From contig OZ287074.1 in the NCBI GenBank assembly GCA_965645245.1, forward strand, positions 2,294,001-2,358,000: 64,000 nt of DNA, written 5' to 3'. This document shows positions 1 through 10,927 of this stretch, one piece after another (the stretch's first letter is position 1; each line of letters begins with the position of its first letter). The notes below the pieces were generated by a model. The model was not told where the DNA came from, made no database searches, and saw nothing but the letters and a program-made list of their open reading frames with translations. The position numbers and the translations under genes are program-made. This stretch comes from Massalongia carnosa (taxonomy: Eukaryota).

Positions 1-699
1 GGGTAGGCACGCGCCGCTCATAACAAAATAACTGCTCAAATAAAAAAACGACACACAGTTGCATGGCAGGCCTCGTGGAGATCATATCAGGAACGCACAC
101 CCGTTCCCACCCCGGCACAATCAGGTTCACTCTCCAAAAAACGCATCAAATTGCACGAAACTCTAGCCAAAGCGGAGAGCGCGCTAGCAATTCAGATACG
201 CTCAGAAAAGATAGGCCTAGCCGCCTTCCTACATAGACACCGAGTCCCAGACGTCTCGTCCCCGAACTGCTCATGTGGCTGGCACAAACAGACTGCAAAA
301 CATGTGATCATGTTTTGCAAACTCAACGACAACAGAAAAACTCTGCTAAATATGATAGGCACAAACAACTATCGATTAATCACTGAGTCATCTAAAGCAA
401 TGAATTAGTCACAAAGTGGCTAATGAAGACAGGTTTGTTGTCACAATTTTCGCTGACAGCATAGCATCTATACTGCTAACAGTAGGCATGCTTTGTTTCA
501 TTTTTCATACTTGTCTTAGGTCAAAGGTTTTTTCATGGAGCACACGGCTGGGACCCGGAGGGTCCTCTGCCGGACACAGGATTGCATGGTTTTTCTTCCT
601 CAAAAGGTTTTCCATGTACTATAAAACTAGATAGACTCGCCCGCATGGGCCGGCCTTCGGCCGGTACCACATCCGAATAAGAATAATCATCATCATCAT
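1..699 (+). mobile_element. 3' end of a Tad1-like LINE (non-LTR retrotransposon), family A; runs off the left window edge
   Basis: ORF 151-408 has the LINE ORF2 C-terminal Cys/His motif (CSCGWHKQTAKHVIMFC), like the other LINE copies in the window. Conserved 3' motif CCCGCATGGGCCGGCCTTCGGCCGGT at 640-665 and a (CAT)n tail at ~686-699. Confidence 0.85.
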
Positions 700-707
700 G
701 AATCGCT

Positions 708-3700
708 TTAAGACTCCAATGATAAACTCTCCATCTGCCACCCATTGAGAAGCTCAAGCGAAGACTCTGTATCAGGATGTTGAGGACCCAATTTGTGTCT
801 TCGTAGCTGAAAACATTCCTTTAGCAGTGAGAGAGCCTCATCATTGCGGCCTTGAAACTTCCACGTGAATGCAAGGTTGCTCATGCTAGTCAGCGTGTCT
901 GGATGCTCCACCCCTAGCACCCTCTTTCTCGTCGTCATCACTTGCATCTGCAGCTCTTCGGCCTCCGTCCATCGTCCTTGATTCCTGTACGTCAACGCAA
1001 GATTGTTCATGCTAGTCTGCGTGGAAGGATGCTCCGCCCCTAGCACCCTCGCACCCGTCTCCATCACTTGCACCTGCAGCTCTTCGGCCTCCGTCCATCG
1101 TCCTTGATTCGTGTACGTCGACGCAAGATTGTTCATGCTAATCAGCGTGGAAGGATACTCCGTCCCTAGCACCCTCGCACTCGTCTCCATCACTAGCACC
1201 TGCAGCTCTTCGGCCCCCGTCCATCGTCCTTGATTCCAATATGTCAACGCAAGATTGGCCATGTTAGTCAGCGTGTCTGGATGCTCCGCTCCTAGCACCC
1301 TCGCACTCGTCTCCATCACTTGCACCTGCAGCTCTTCGGCCTCCGTCCATCGTCCTTGATTCCTGTACGTCAACGCAAGATTGTTCATGCTAGTCTGCGT
1401 GGAAGGATGCTCCGCCCCTAGCACCCTCGCACTCGTCTCCATCACTTGCACCTGCAGCTCTTCGGCCTCCGTCCATCGTCCTTGATTCCTGTACGTCGAC
1501 GCAAGATTGTTCATGCTAATCAGCGTGGAAGGATACTCCGCCCCTAGCACCCTCGCACTCGTCTCCATCACTTGCACCTGCAGCTCTTCGGCCTCCGTCC
1601 ATCGTCCTTGATTCCAATACGTCAACGCAAGATTGGCCATGCTAGTCAGCGTGTCTGGATGCTCCGCCCCTAGCATCCTCTTTCTCGTCGTCATCACTTG
1701 CACCTTCAACTCTTCGGCCTCTGTCCATCGTCCTTGATTCCAATACGTCGACGCAAGATTGGCCATGCTAGTCAGCGTGGAAGGATGCTCCGCCCCTAGC
1801 ACCCTCGCACTCGTCTCCATCACATGCACCTGCAGCTCTTCGGCCTCCGTCCATCGTCCTTGATTCGTGTACGTCGACGCAAGATTGGCCGTCCTAGTCA
1901 GCGTGGAAGGATGCTCCGCCCCTAGCACCCTCGCACTCGTCTCCATCACTTGCACCTCCAGCTTTTCGGCCTCCGTCCATCGTCCTTGATTCCTGTACGT
2001 CGACGCAAGATTGGTCATGCTAGTCAGCGTGGAAGGATGCTCCGCCCCTAGCACCCTCTTTCTCGTCTCCATCACTTGCACCTCCAGCTCTTCGGCCTCC
2101 GTCCATCGTCCTTGATTCGAATACGTCGACGCAAGATTGGCCATGCTAGTCAGCCTGGAAGGATGCTCCGCCCCTAGCACCCTCTTTCTCGTCGTCATCA
2201 CTTGCACCTGCAGCTCTTCGGCCTCCGTCCATCGCCCTTGATTCCAATACGTCGACGCAAGATTGGCCATGCTAGTCAGCGTGGAAGGATGCTCCGCCCC
2301 TAGCACCCTCGCACTCGTCTCCATCACATGCACCTGCAGCTCTTCGGCCTCCGTCCATCGTCCTTGATTCGTGTACGTCGACGCAAGATTGGCCATGCTA
2401 GTTAGCGTGACTGGATGCTCCGCCCCTAGCACCCTCTTTCTCGTCGTCATCACTTGCACCTCCAGCTCTTCGGCCTTCGTCCATCGTCCTTGATTCCTGT
2501 ACGTCGACGCAAGATTGGCCATGCTAGTCAGCGTGGAAGGATGCTCCGCCCCTAGCACCCTCGCACTCGTCTCCAGCACTTGCACCTGTAGCTCTTCGGC
2601 CTCCGTCCATCGTCCTTGATTCCAATATGTCAACGCAAGATTGGCCATGCTAGTCAGCGTGGAAGGATGCTCCGCCCCTAGCACCCTCGCACTCATCTTC
2701 ATCACTTGCACCTGCAGCTCTTCGGCCTCCGTCCATCGTCCTTGATTCGTGTACGTCGACGCAAGATTGGCCATGCTAGTCAGCGTGTCTGGATGCTCCG
2801 CCCCTAAAACCCTCGCACTCGTCTCCATCACTTGCACCTGCAGCTCTTCGGCCTCCGTCCATCGTCCTTGATTAGAATACGTTAACGCAAGATTGGCCAT
2901 GCTAGTCAGCGTGGAAGGATGCTCCGCCCCTAGCACCCTCTTTCTCGTCTCCATCACTTGCACCTGCAGCTCTTCGGCCTCTGTCCATCGTCCTTGATTC
3001 CAATGCGTCAACGCAAGATTGGCCATCCTAGTCAGCGTGGAAGGATGCTCCGCCCCTAGCACCCTCGCACTCATCTCCATCACTTGCACCTCCAGCTTTT
3101 CGGCCTTCGTCCATCGTCCTTGATTCCTGTACGTCGACGCAAGATTGGCCATGCTAGTGAGCGTGGAAGGATGCTCCGCCCCTAGCACCCTCGCACTCGT
3201 CTCCATCACTTGCACCTCCAGCTTTTCGGCCTCCGTCCATCGTCCTTGATTCCTGTACGTCGACGCAAGATTGGCCATGCTAGTCAGCGTGGAAGGATGC
3301 TCCGCCCCTAGCACCCTCTTTCTCGTCTCCATCACTTGCACCTGCAGCTCTTCGGCCTCCGTCCATCGTCCTTGATTCCTGTACGTCGACGCAAGATTGT
3401 TCATGCTAGTCAGCGTAGAAGGATGCTCCGCCCCTAGCACCCTCGCACTCGTCGTCATCACTTGCACCTCCAGCTCTTCGGCCTTCGTCCATCGTCCTTG
3501 TTCCTTGTATGCCAAGGCTAGCATAGCCATACTATTCAATGTCTCTTCATCCTCTAGACCAAGCACTTTTTGCCTGGTTCTTGTTGCTTTTAGGGCCATT
3601 GTCGCTGCTTCAGCGTAACTCCCTTTCGCCCACGCATACCATGCAGCGTGATATAGTATCAAGGCCCAATCTTGTAATGAGCTTGCGACAGCTGGCTCCT

Positions 3701-5326
3701 GCGCTACTGCCGACTTTGCGTGAGGAAAAAGCGCTTGACACTTTGTCCAATTCTCGTAATCTCCCGTCGGAAGTACTGTACTAAGATTCTTGATGTATTG
3801 CTGCTTCCATCTTTCGAGCTGATTGGATGCTTCTAGCCACTTTCTGATCGCTAGCTGCACTAGCCCGTGCATCTCGAAGGTGGTTTCATTCATGCTGATG
3901 GTGATGAACGAGAAGTTTCTCAAGACAAGTATGTCGGCTTCAAACTCGTCGACACTGGAATCGGATACGGTATCCTTATCGCTATCGTCTTCGTGGTCAT
4001 CATCTTCGTCATTTCCAGCATTTTCTCCCGTATTTTCATTTCCTGCCTCGTTTTGTGTCTTGAGTAAAGCCTCAGGAATTCCCTGTCGATCGAAAAAGCT
4101 CATAAGCGACAGCAGATTAGCTGCCGAAGGCTTGATCTGATGAATATTATCAAACGATATTTGCCAGGTTATAATGATTGAATTTTTAGCCTCCAGGTCC
4201 CTGCGAAGATGTCCCGCTTCGTGATTCAACAGACTGGTCTTTCTTTTATCATTTTTATAGAACTCTTTTATGTACTGTCGAACAGAATATCTTGGTACTC
4301 TTTGTCGAATGTATGCGGCCGCTTGAACGATGGCAAGCGGCATGAATTCGAGTGCTGCTGCTAGCTCAGCAGTATCATCTCTGTCCCTCTGTTCTCCCAG
4401 CTTCTTTTCAAGGAGCGCTAGCGCATGTGTATCGTCCATCGGCTCAACCGCTATTATGTCGCTTTCTTCTGCTAGCCGCAATGCCACGCTTTTAGTCCGG
4501 GAGGTGATGAGAATCGAGCCGTTTCGACTCTGAGGTAGATATGCTAACAGTGATTGCGTGAGCCCGCTTCTAATGCCGCCATCCTGCGCCTTCTGGCCTG
4601 TAGCATGAGTTTCGAAAAGCACAGTAGCTTCGTCGGCATTGTCGAGGACCAGAGCCCACTTTCCGTTCTTCTCGTCGCGTAACCACTTGTCAACTAGCCG
4701 GAATATGTCCGCCTTTGGGTCCTCCCTGCCACGAATCTTGACTTGCTCTGCAACATCCCGATAACCTTGCTCGATACGGGCTGCATTACTAGCGTGTATC
4801 CAGAACACCCACGTCGTCGGCAACTGCTCTCTGATTCGATAGCAGTACTCGATGGCAAGCTGCGACTTTCTTTGCGAAAGTAAGCTATTAGAACTAGTCT
4901 GAGGCCCTTTGGCTTACCCAACGCCGCCTAAGCCGACAAGCGCTACCCTTGATGCTGGCGCCGAGCACTTTTCGTGGATCTGATCAAGTAGTGTTCCGCG
5001 ATCGACGAAATCAGGGTCGCGGCGGAAAGGAACAGCAGATGATGAGCTTGGTGGGGTATCGGGTCTTTCTACAAACGCAGAATGCTATCAGCCTCGGCTC
5101 ACAGGACGCTATATCATTGCGAATGGCGACTTGCCTGGACATTGAACAATATTGTTTGTCTGAGAGCCTAATCAGGATTTAGCATAAGATCAATATCGAT
5201 GTGAACAGGACGCAAACCAATCACTTTCGCATAGCCTGAGACGTCACCGATCACAGCGCCTTGGTTGCCAGAAATCGTGCCAAAATCCTTCGCGCCTGTA
5301 GAGACTGCTGGCGTGTTACCGGCCAT
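708..5326 (-). CDS. Fungal NLR (STAND) protein: short N-terminal putative amyloid motif, NB-ARC domain, 21 highly conserved 42-aa TPR repeats
   Basis: Manual splicing gives exons 5326-5218, 5167-5135, 5068-4918 and 4869-708; intron 2 is GC-AG. Spliced start: MAGNTPAVSTGAKDFGTISGNQGAVIGDVSGYAKVIGSQTNNIVQCPERPDTPP. Walker A is GLGGVGKS, Walker B is LVLDNAD, with ITSR and PLAI motifs, followed by LGAEHPSTLTSMANLASTYxNQGRW repeats. No internal stops seen. Confidence 0.9.
870..3520 (-). repeat. 126-bp tandem repeat array encoding 21 TPR units with high internal conservation
   Basis: QGRWT recurs 21 times at 42-aa spacing; the nucleotide units are near-identical. Confidence 0.95.
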
Positions 5327-5663
5327 TGCTGCGTCGGAAGATTGTAGACATTAGAGCTCAGGGATGTATTGAATAAGACTGAAACCCTATCTTTACCGTC
5401 CTCGGGACCGCACCTAGGCTCGGTCAGAAACTCGACGCCCAAGACTTTCCAAAAGCACGGTTCATCTATATAAATACAGGCACGGACTCGCCGATGGAAG
5501 GCCGCCATCATGCGGGCACGGGATAGATGACTGGCTGATAGAGCCAAGGCTATGCACGTGCTCAAGCGCCTGGTCTGCGGAGTACAATTATCTCGCATCA
5601 GTTATAGTGCTAAGTTTGAAGTACAAGGGTACGACTCCTCTGTGTTGCGATGACAACGCCAGC
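5327..5663. promoter_or_regulatory. Putative bidirectional promoter between the NLR and the SesB-like gene
   Basis: 337-bp head-to-head intergenic region with a TATA-like CTATATAAATA at ~5466-5476. Confidence 0.45.
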
Positions 5664-6924
5664 ATGGCCGAACCGTACGGATTAGGCGATCCCCTCTTTG
5701 ATTCTCCAGACGCGAATATAGAGTACGCACCAGATGTCTCGTCCGGGTTGCTTGGTACTGACCATACAGCATTGTCTTCGTCCACGGGCTCCGCGGTGAC
5801 AGAGTGAAAACCTGGACATGGGAGGGTCGCGATAGATCGCTGTTGTGGCCGCAAGATCTCTTACCTCAAGCCTGCCCAACAACTCGCATCCTTTCTTTTG
5901 GGTACAACGCGGACTTTGCTCACTTCTATCCGTTTGTTGGGCCGAAATTCATCCCGGAGCATTTAGCTATTGATGATCACGCAACTGCAATGTTCCAGAG
6001 CCTAATCGGTCTTCTCGAGAAAACGAAAACTGTAGGAATTGGCGCACCCCTTGTCTTTCCACCGGAAATACGCTAATATGATGTCTATGTCCAGGCTGAA
6101 CGTCCGATTATTTTCGTCTCGCACAGTCTAGGGGGTCTCGTTTGCGCCAATGCGTTGTCAAGGCACAATGGTACCGACATGGCTAGCACTAACCTCTTGG
6201 AGAGAACGATTGGAGTCGTCTTCCTTGGGACGCCCTTTGAAGGATCGTCAAAAGCAAAATGGGGAAGCAGGGCTCTACAGATACTGGGCTGGATAAGCAC
6301 CACGCATAAGCAGGATATAAAGGATCTTGAAGAGCGTTCGGCAAAGCTCATCAGCGTTAACGAGGCCTTTCAGAAATTCCTGAAAGCACGGGATCGTTCA
6401 GAATCAAGAGAGTTTGTGGAAGTAGCTTGTTTCTTTGAACAGTATGCTATGTATAAGGGAGGGACGAAGATGGGATTATCGTTCCCAAGGAATCGGCTTG
6501 CCTGCCTGGTATCGATCCACAGTCGATCCAGGCGAACCATGTTGATATGTGCAAGTTTGAGGATGAAGACCGAGAGGGATACAAGAGAATTTCACAAAAG
6601 TTGGTTCAATGGATATCGGATCTTGATAGTCGATCCAAGGGGTCTGGAGAGGATCGCCAGGTCTGACATCTCTTTCGCGCGCTTGAAATCAGCTGAAACC
6701 CAACAGAAACATTCGGTTCGTATGGGCGATATTAACTTTAGGGACAAAATCGATAACAATCGAGGTGTGATTATGGGTCATGCAAATAGTACGGCCACAG
6801 AAGGGGTTAAGATAACTGGGAGTAGTATCACTGTAAGGATTACCTATCCTTTCGATAGCGATGTACAAGCTGACAGAACACAAAGAATACTTATCATGCC
6901 ATTAACCCAAAAGGGTCTGTGTAG
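5664..6924 (+). pseudogene. SesB-like alpha/beta-hydrolase (lipase fold) with C-terminal putative amyloid motif; one frameshift
   Basis: Exons 5664-5722, 5770-6031, 6095-6660, 6707-6832 and 6886-6924. Motifs: DIVFVHGLRG, WPQDLLP, RILSFGY, nucleophile elbow SHSLGG, FLGTPF, CFFE and IVPKESACL...NHVDMCKF. The last block is out of frame by one base at ~6476 (real lesion or sequencing error). Confidence 0.8.
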
Positions 6925-7522
6925 ACCGAGGGATAGGCAATGGCGGAACTACTAGTCAACATTGCGGAGTCATTCCAGGACATTATTCAAGAACATGAAA
7001 TAATCAATTGACTTTTTGACGTCTTTCAAAACAATGTTTTTTTGCGCAGTCATCAGCTTCGGGTGAAGGTTGACTCCTTGTGAGACGTGAAGAGTGCGTA
7101 TGGCGATAGTAGCAGACTTCAAATATGCCGCAGCTAGAGGGTGCCTCTTAGAAGAGAATGCTTATCCAGCTTATGTCCAATCTCTGAATCCTTCCCTTAC
7201 TTCCGTAAGCACTTCCGAACAAAATCCTAACAGGATCTTGAATCATTATTGAATGAATAAGCTTCTTACTTCAAGGAGCTACGTAGATGCAATGACGGGG
7301 ATTTGCAAAGACGTGTACAATCAGTGGTAACGCCTGTCGAGTACGCTGAAATTGAAATGCGATTGAGCATCATAATCGACGACAAAGCCAAAGATGAGAC
7401 GAACAACTACAATACATCAAGTCCTGACAACTATTCCTATCATCATCATTATGACAGGTCGGTATGTTGACCGTATTGAGGTTCTGCCTTAAGATTCCAA
7501 AGCGTTTGAGCAAGGACTGAGG

Positions 7523-7849
7523 CTAGCGGGAAAAAAGCGCGCGATAGTGTTCATAGACGAAGCTGCCATTTCGGACATGTCTGAAAAGCGTAGATAACTC
7601 AGAAGCTAGATCTCCCTTTCCAGTTTTTGAATGAAGAGTAAGGGCTACGTCTGAACCCTGCAAAGCGTACAGAAGCCTTGACGTTGCCTTTTGAAGTCCT
7701 TGGTCGGAGCCAACAGCTCCATCGTAAGAGATCACACCTGGCTTATAAGACTGCTCCGCCTTCCGAAGTGCATCTTGTAGATGATCTAGGGAGTGATCCA
7801 AATGATGCTCCAGGATGATGGTGCGATCTTCTTGCGAAAGGTTGACCAT
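7523..7849 (-). pseudogene. Isolated N-terminal fragment resembling FunK1-type (fungal-type) protein kinases
   Basis: MVNLSQEDRTII..LDHSLDHLQDALRKAEQSY...YEHYRAL resembles FunK1 N-termini as recalled; no kinase domain follows. Confidence 0.4.
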
Positions 7850-8255
7850 CTCGACACAGGTAGCGCCAGCCCGAGTCGAATCGTGAATCTGCTGTCTCAC
7901 TGCAAGACTCTAGCAGAAACTGGCCAGAAGAGGTCTCATTCAATTCGTGTTAGTCTCATCGCAAAATAGATGGCACAGTTTTGCAATATCCCAAGAGGTG
8001 GTTTGCCTTGAAGGTAAAAGTACTGGCTGTGCGAATGTGGGGGCCGGAAAACAGAAAGCGCGTTAGACTTTTCCGAGTGACTGGTGGAACCAGCCGAGGC
8101 TTACTTTTGCCAAGACAGTCAGTCAGTACGGTGGTGCGGAAGATCTGGTTTAACCACGAGGCATGTCGAATGAAAAGAAGAGAAAGAAGAATATAATGAT
8201 GCTGGGTTGACATAAGAGAGGGTTGCAGAATAACTGGTAAAAAGTTAGGATGGTA

Positions 8256-10826
8256 ATCGTCGGCTCGCTTACCTCCGGGATCCGACTTGAAAAAATGTCG
8301 ACTGCATTTTAGTCGGGGAAAGCGGTTGCATCCCGGAAAGCGGTTGCATCCTCCCAAATTCAAATTTCTTCATCTTTTTGATCATTGACCAACAACCACA
8401 TTGATTAAAAATCAGCCGATACCGTACATAGCTTGAAAATCATTTCTCCGACCCAACTGATTATCAATTCAAATCCTTTCCTTTCGAATCAATCCCCCGA
8501 ACCAATCTCCCATTTCGAATCATGGATAACGACGCCTCCCTTGTCTCCACTCTCAACCCCATGGAAAGATTGAAAAAGGCGAAGGAATTTCTGACAAATC
8601 ATCCCAAAGAAAGTAAAACGACTGCAGCTAGAATCTACAATATCAACGTCAAAACTTTGACGTCTTCCATTCGTCGACCAGAAGGGAGGAAAATTGGAGG
8701 ACAAAATCAGATACTGAGGGAGCATGAGGCAAGGTCAATTACTGGCTTTATTAAGTCCTTATTGATTCATGGAATTCTTCCTACACATCAGATGGTTTTC
8801 AAGGCTATTGTAAGTCTGAAAAAGGCCTATAACCCCCTCGAGGTAGGCCCGTCAAGAAGATGGTTTCGGAGCTGGTGGAAATGTAACAAACTTCATAAAA
8901 TAAAGACAAAACCACTAGCAATGATTCGTTATAAAGCTGCCCAAGAATCAGATGTGATGGAATGGTTTGAAAGGTATAGAGAGGTGTTGAAAGAGTTGAA
9001 AATTCGAAAAAGTCGGAACATTTTGAACTTTGATGAAGCTGGTTTTCGGGTTGGATGCATGAGGGGTCAGGAAATCATTGTTCCTGAGGAAATCAAACAA
9101 TTCTACGCCGTCAGCCCGAAAAATCGCAGATCTGCGACAGTTATTGAGACTATCAATGCTGCCGGCGACTATCCCCCCCCTCCAATGATCATCGTACAGG
9201 GTCATGACATCATGGCCACATGGTTTTCGGAAGGTGTGCCCGAGGGCACGTATGTCGTGCCCTCGAACAGTGGTTTTACATCTGATAAGATAGCAATTGA
9301 ATATTTGAAGCATCTTATCAAACATACAAATGCAGGACCTGATGCGGAATGGCAATTATTGCTGATGGATAATCATGGCAGTCATACAACCCCTGAGTTT
9401 TCACTTTTGGCCAATGAGAATCGCATTCGACCCTTTCCCTTTATACCACATTTAACACATTGCATGCAACCATTGGATGTGGGCGTATTTCAGCCTTATA
9501 AGCATTGGCATTGCAAAGCTATTGAGGAAGTCGTTGCGTCGTCATTTGTCGAGTATTCTCTGTCTCAATTTATACAGGACTTGACCAAAATCAGAAATCA
9601 TACATTCAAGACTTCTACGATTCGGCATGCATTTGAAAAGTCGGGAATGTGGCCGATTGATCCAAAGGCATGCATTCGTGAGCTGAAAAATTTCAATCCC
9701 AATGATCCCAATGATTCATTAAATAGTCTGAATACGAATAATGAGCCCTCATTACCTCTACCCCCACCTCGTCAAATCCAACCGACAAAAGTAGCTGACA
9801 TTGAGTATGGTTTAAATCAATGGGGACCGAAAATCAGAAAATCCATGCAATGGAGTGATCCCGCTCGGGCTGAGGAATGGGACTCATTTGTAGACAATAC
9901 AAATGAAGTTGTTTCGAATACGATTATCGATGGCATGGAGCTGGAAATGCATCGAGAATCAAGAAGAAGTCAGTTAAATAACAGACGAATGTCTCGTAAA
10001 CGTCTGAGACCAGAAACCGGGAGATTGGGAATCACAACGGAAGATGCAAAGCAGGCTATAGCCATCAGACTACAACAGGATCAAGAGGCTGAGGAGAAAC
10101 GAGCGAATAATAGCTTCATGAAGCTATGGCGAATAGAAAGAGACGAAATGCATGTCAAGGGATTGGCTGCTCGAAAAACAGAAAGAGATCGAGTCAAACA
10201 GCTGAAAGAAATGCAGAAAATACTCGGTCCCATTCCAATTGAGATGTATGAGAAGATTCCTGACCCCGAGGCATTATGGAAGGCCACGAATGAGGTATGG
10301 ATAGCTGAGGAAGCGAAGAAGGAAATTAGAAAGAATCCGCGTGACAATGTCAATGAGGAAGATGTCACATTTATCGTAGATAGCACTAGTCATGGAGATA
10401 ATTCAATCCTTCCAGATCTTCTAGAAGGAGAAACATGGCTACGAGATGAGTTCGTATCTTTCGATTTGGAAGAATCATTGAAAGAATTCGATTTAGAAGC
10501 ATCTTTTCAACCAGGAGATGCGAATAATTGGTAGAATGCGGGGTATGCGGGGTATGCGGAGTAAGCGGAGAATCACGAGGGTCAGGGGGTCAGGGGGGTC
10601 AAGGGAAATGATTTTGACGACGGTGATGATGACGGCGATGATTTTCAAGCTATGTACGGTAGCGACTGATTTTTAATCAATGTGGTTGTTGGTCAATGAT
10701 CAAAAAGATGAAGAAATTTGAATTTGAGGGGATGCAACCGCTTTCCGGGATGCAACCGCTTTCCCCGACTAAAATGCGAGTCGACATTTTTTCAAGTCGG
10801 ATCCCGGAGGTAAGCGAGCCGACGAT
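8256..10826 (+). mobile_element. Complete Fot1/pogo-like DNA transposon with long (~190 bp) TIRs and TA target duplication
   Basis: TIRs at 8256-~8443 and ~10638-10826 are near-perfect inverted copies. TA at 8254-8255 and 10827-10828. Central transposase ORF. Confidence 0.93.
8522..10534 (+). CDS. Fot1/pogo-family DDE transposase, 670 aa, uninterrupted
   Basis: N-terminal HTH region; catalytic motifs NFDEAGF, LLMDNHGSH and MQPLDVGVF. Confidence 0.92.
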   Translation: MDNDASLVSTLNPMERLKKAKEFLTNHPKESKTTAARIYNINVKTLTSSIRRPEGRKIGGQNQILREHEARSITGFIKSLLIHGILPTHQMVFKAIVSLKKAYNPLEVGPSRRWFRSWWKCNKLHKIKTKPLAMIRYKAAQESDVMEWFERYREVLKELKIRKSRNILNFDEAGFRVGCMRGQEIIVPEEIKQFYAVSPKNRRSATVIETINAAGDYPPPPMIIVQGHDIMATWFSEGVPEGTYVVPSNSGFTSDKIAIEYLKHLIKHTNAGPDAEWQLLLMDNHGSHTTPEFSLLANENRIRPFPFIPHLTHCMQPLDVGVFQPYKHWHCKAIEEVVASSFVEYSLSQFIQDLTKIRNHTFKTSTIRHAFEKSGMWPIDPKACIRELKNFNPNDPNDSLNSLNTNNEPSLPLPPPRQIQPTKVADIEYGLNQWGPKIRKSMQWSDPARAEEWDSFVDNTNEVVSNTIIDGMELEMHRESRRSQLNNRRMSRKRLRPETGRLGITTEDAKQAIAIRLQQDQEAEEKRANNSFMKLWRIERDEMHVKGLAARKTERDRVKQLKEMQKILGPIPIEMYEKIPDPEALWKATNEVWIAEEAKKEIRKNPRDNVNEEDVTFIVDSTSHGDNSILPDLLEGETWLRDEFVSFDLEESLKEFDLEASFQPGDANNW

Positions 10827-10836
10827 TAGCCCAGCG

Positions 10837-10927
10837 TTGCCCAGTGCCTCAGACGTGCCCGGCTAAGCCCCTTCGGGTTAGCCTTAGAGAACGTTAAGCC
10901 TTCGGGTTAACAGGCTGACTACGCAGC
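10837..10927 (+). mobile_element. Orphan terminal repeat related to the AcademH-like element at 27227-33254
   Basis: TTGCCCAGTGCCTCAGACGTGC..GGCTAAGCCCCTTCGGGTTAGCC..GCTGACTACGCA aligns with the TIR starting at 27227. No partner end found in the window. Confidence 0.7.

Noticed and set aside
870..3520. CRISPR-like regular repeat array
   Set aside because: Units are contiguous 126-bp coding TPR repeats without unique spacers; eukaryotic context and no cas genes.
6480..6706. Middle part of the 266-aa ORF (LSFPRNRL...) as real protein
   Set aside because: The conserved SesB sequence is in another frame, and this stretch reads through an intron.
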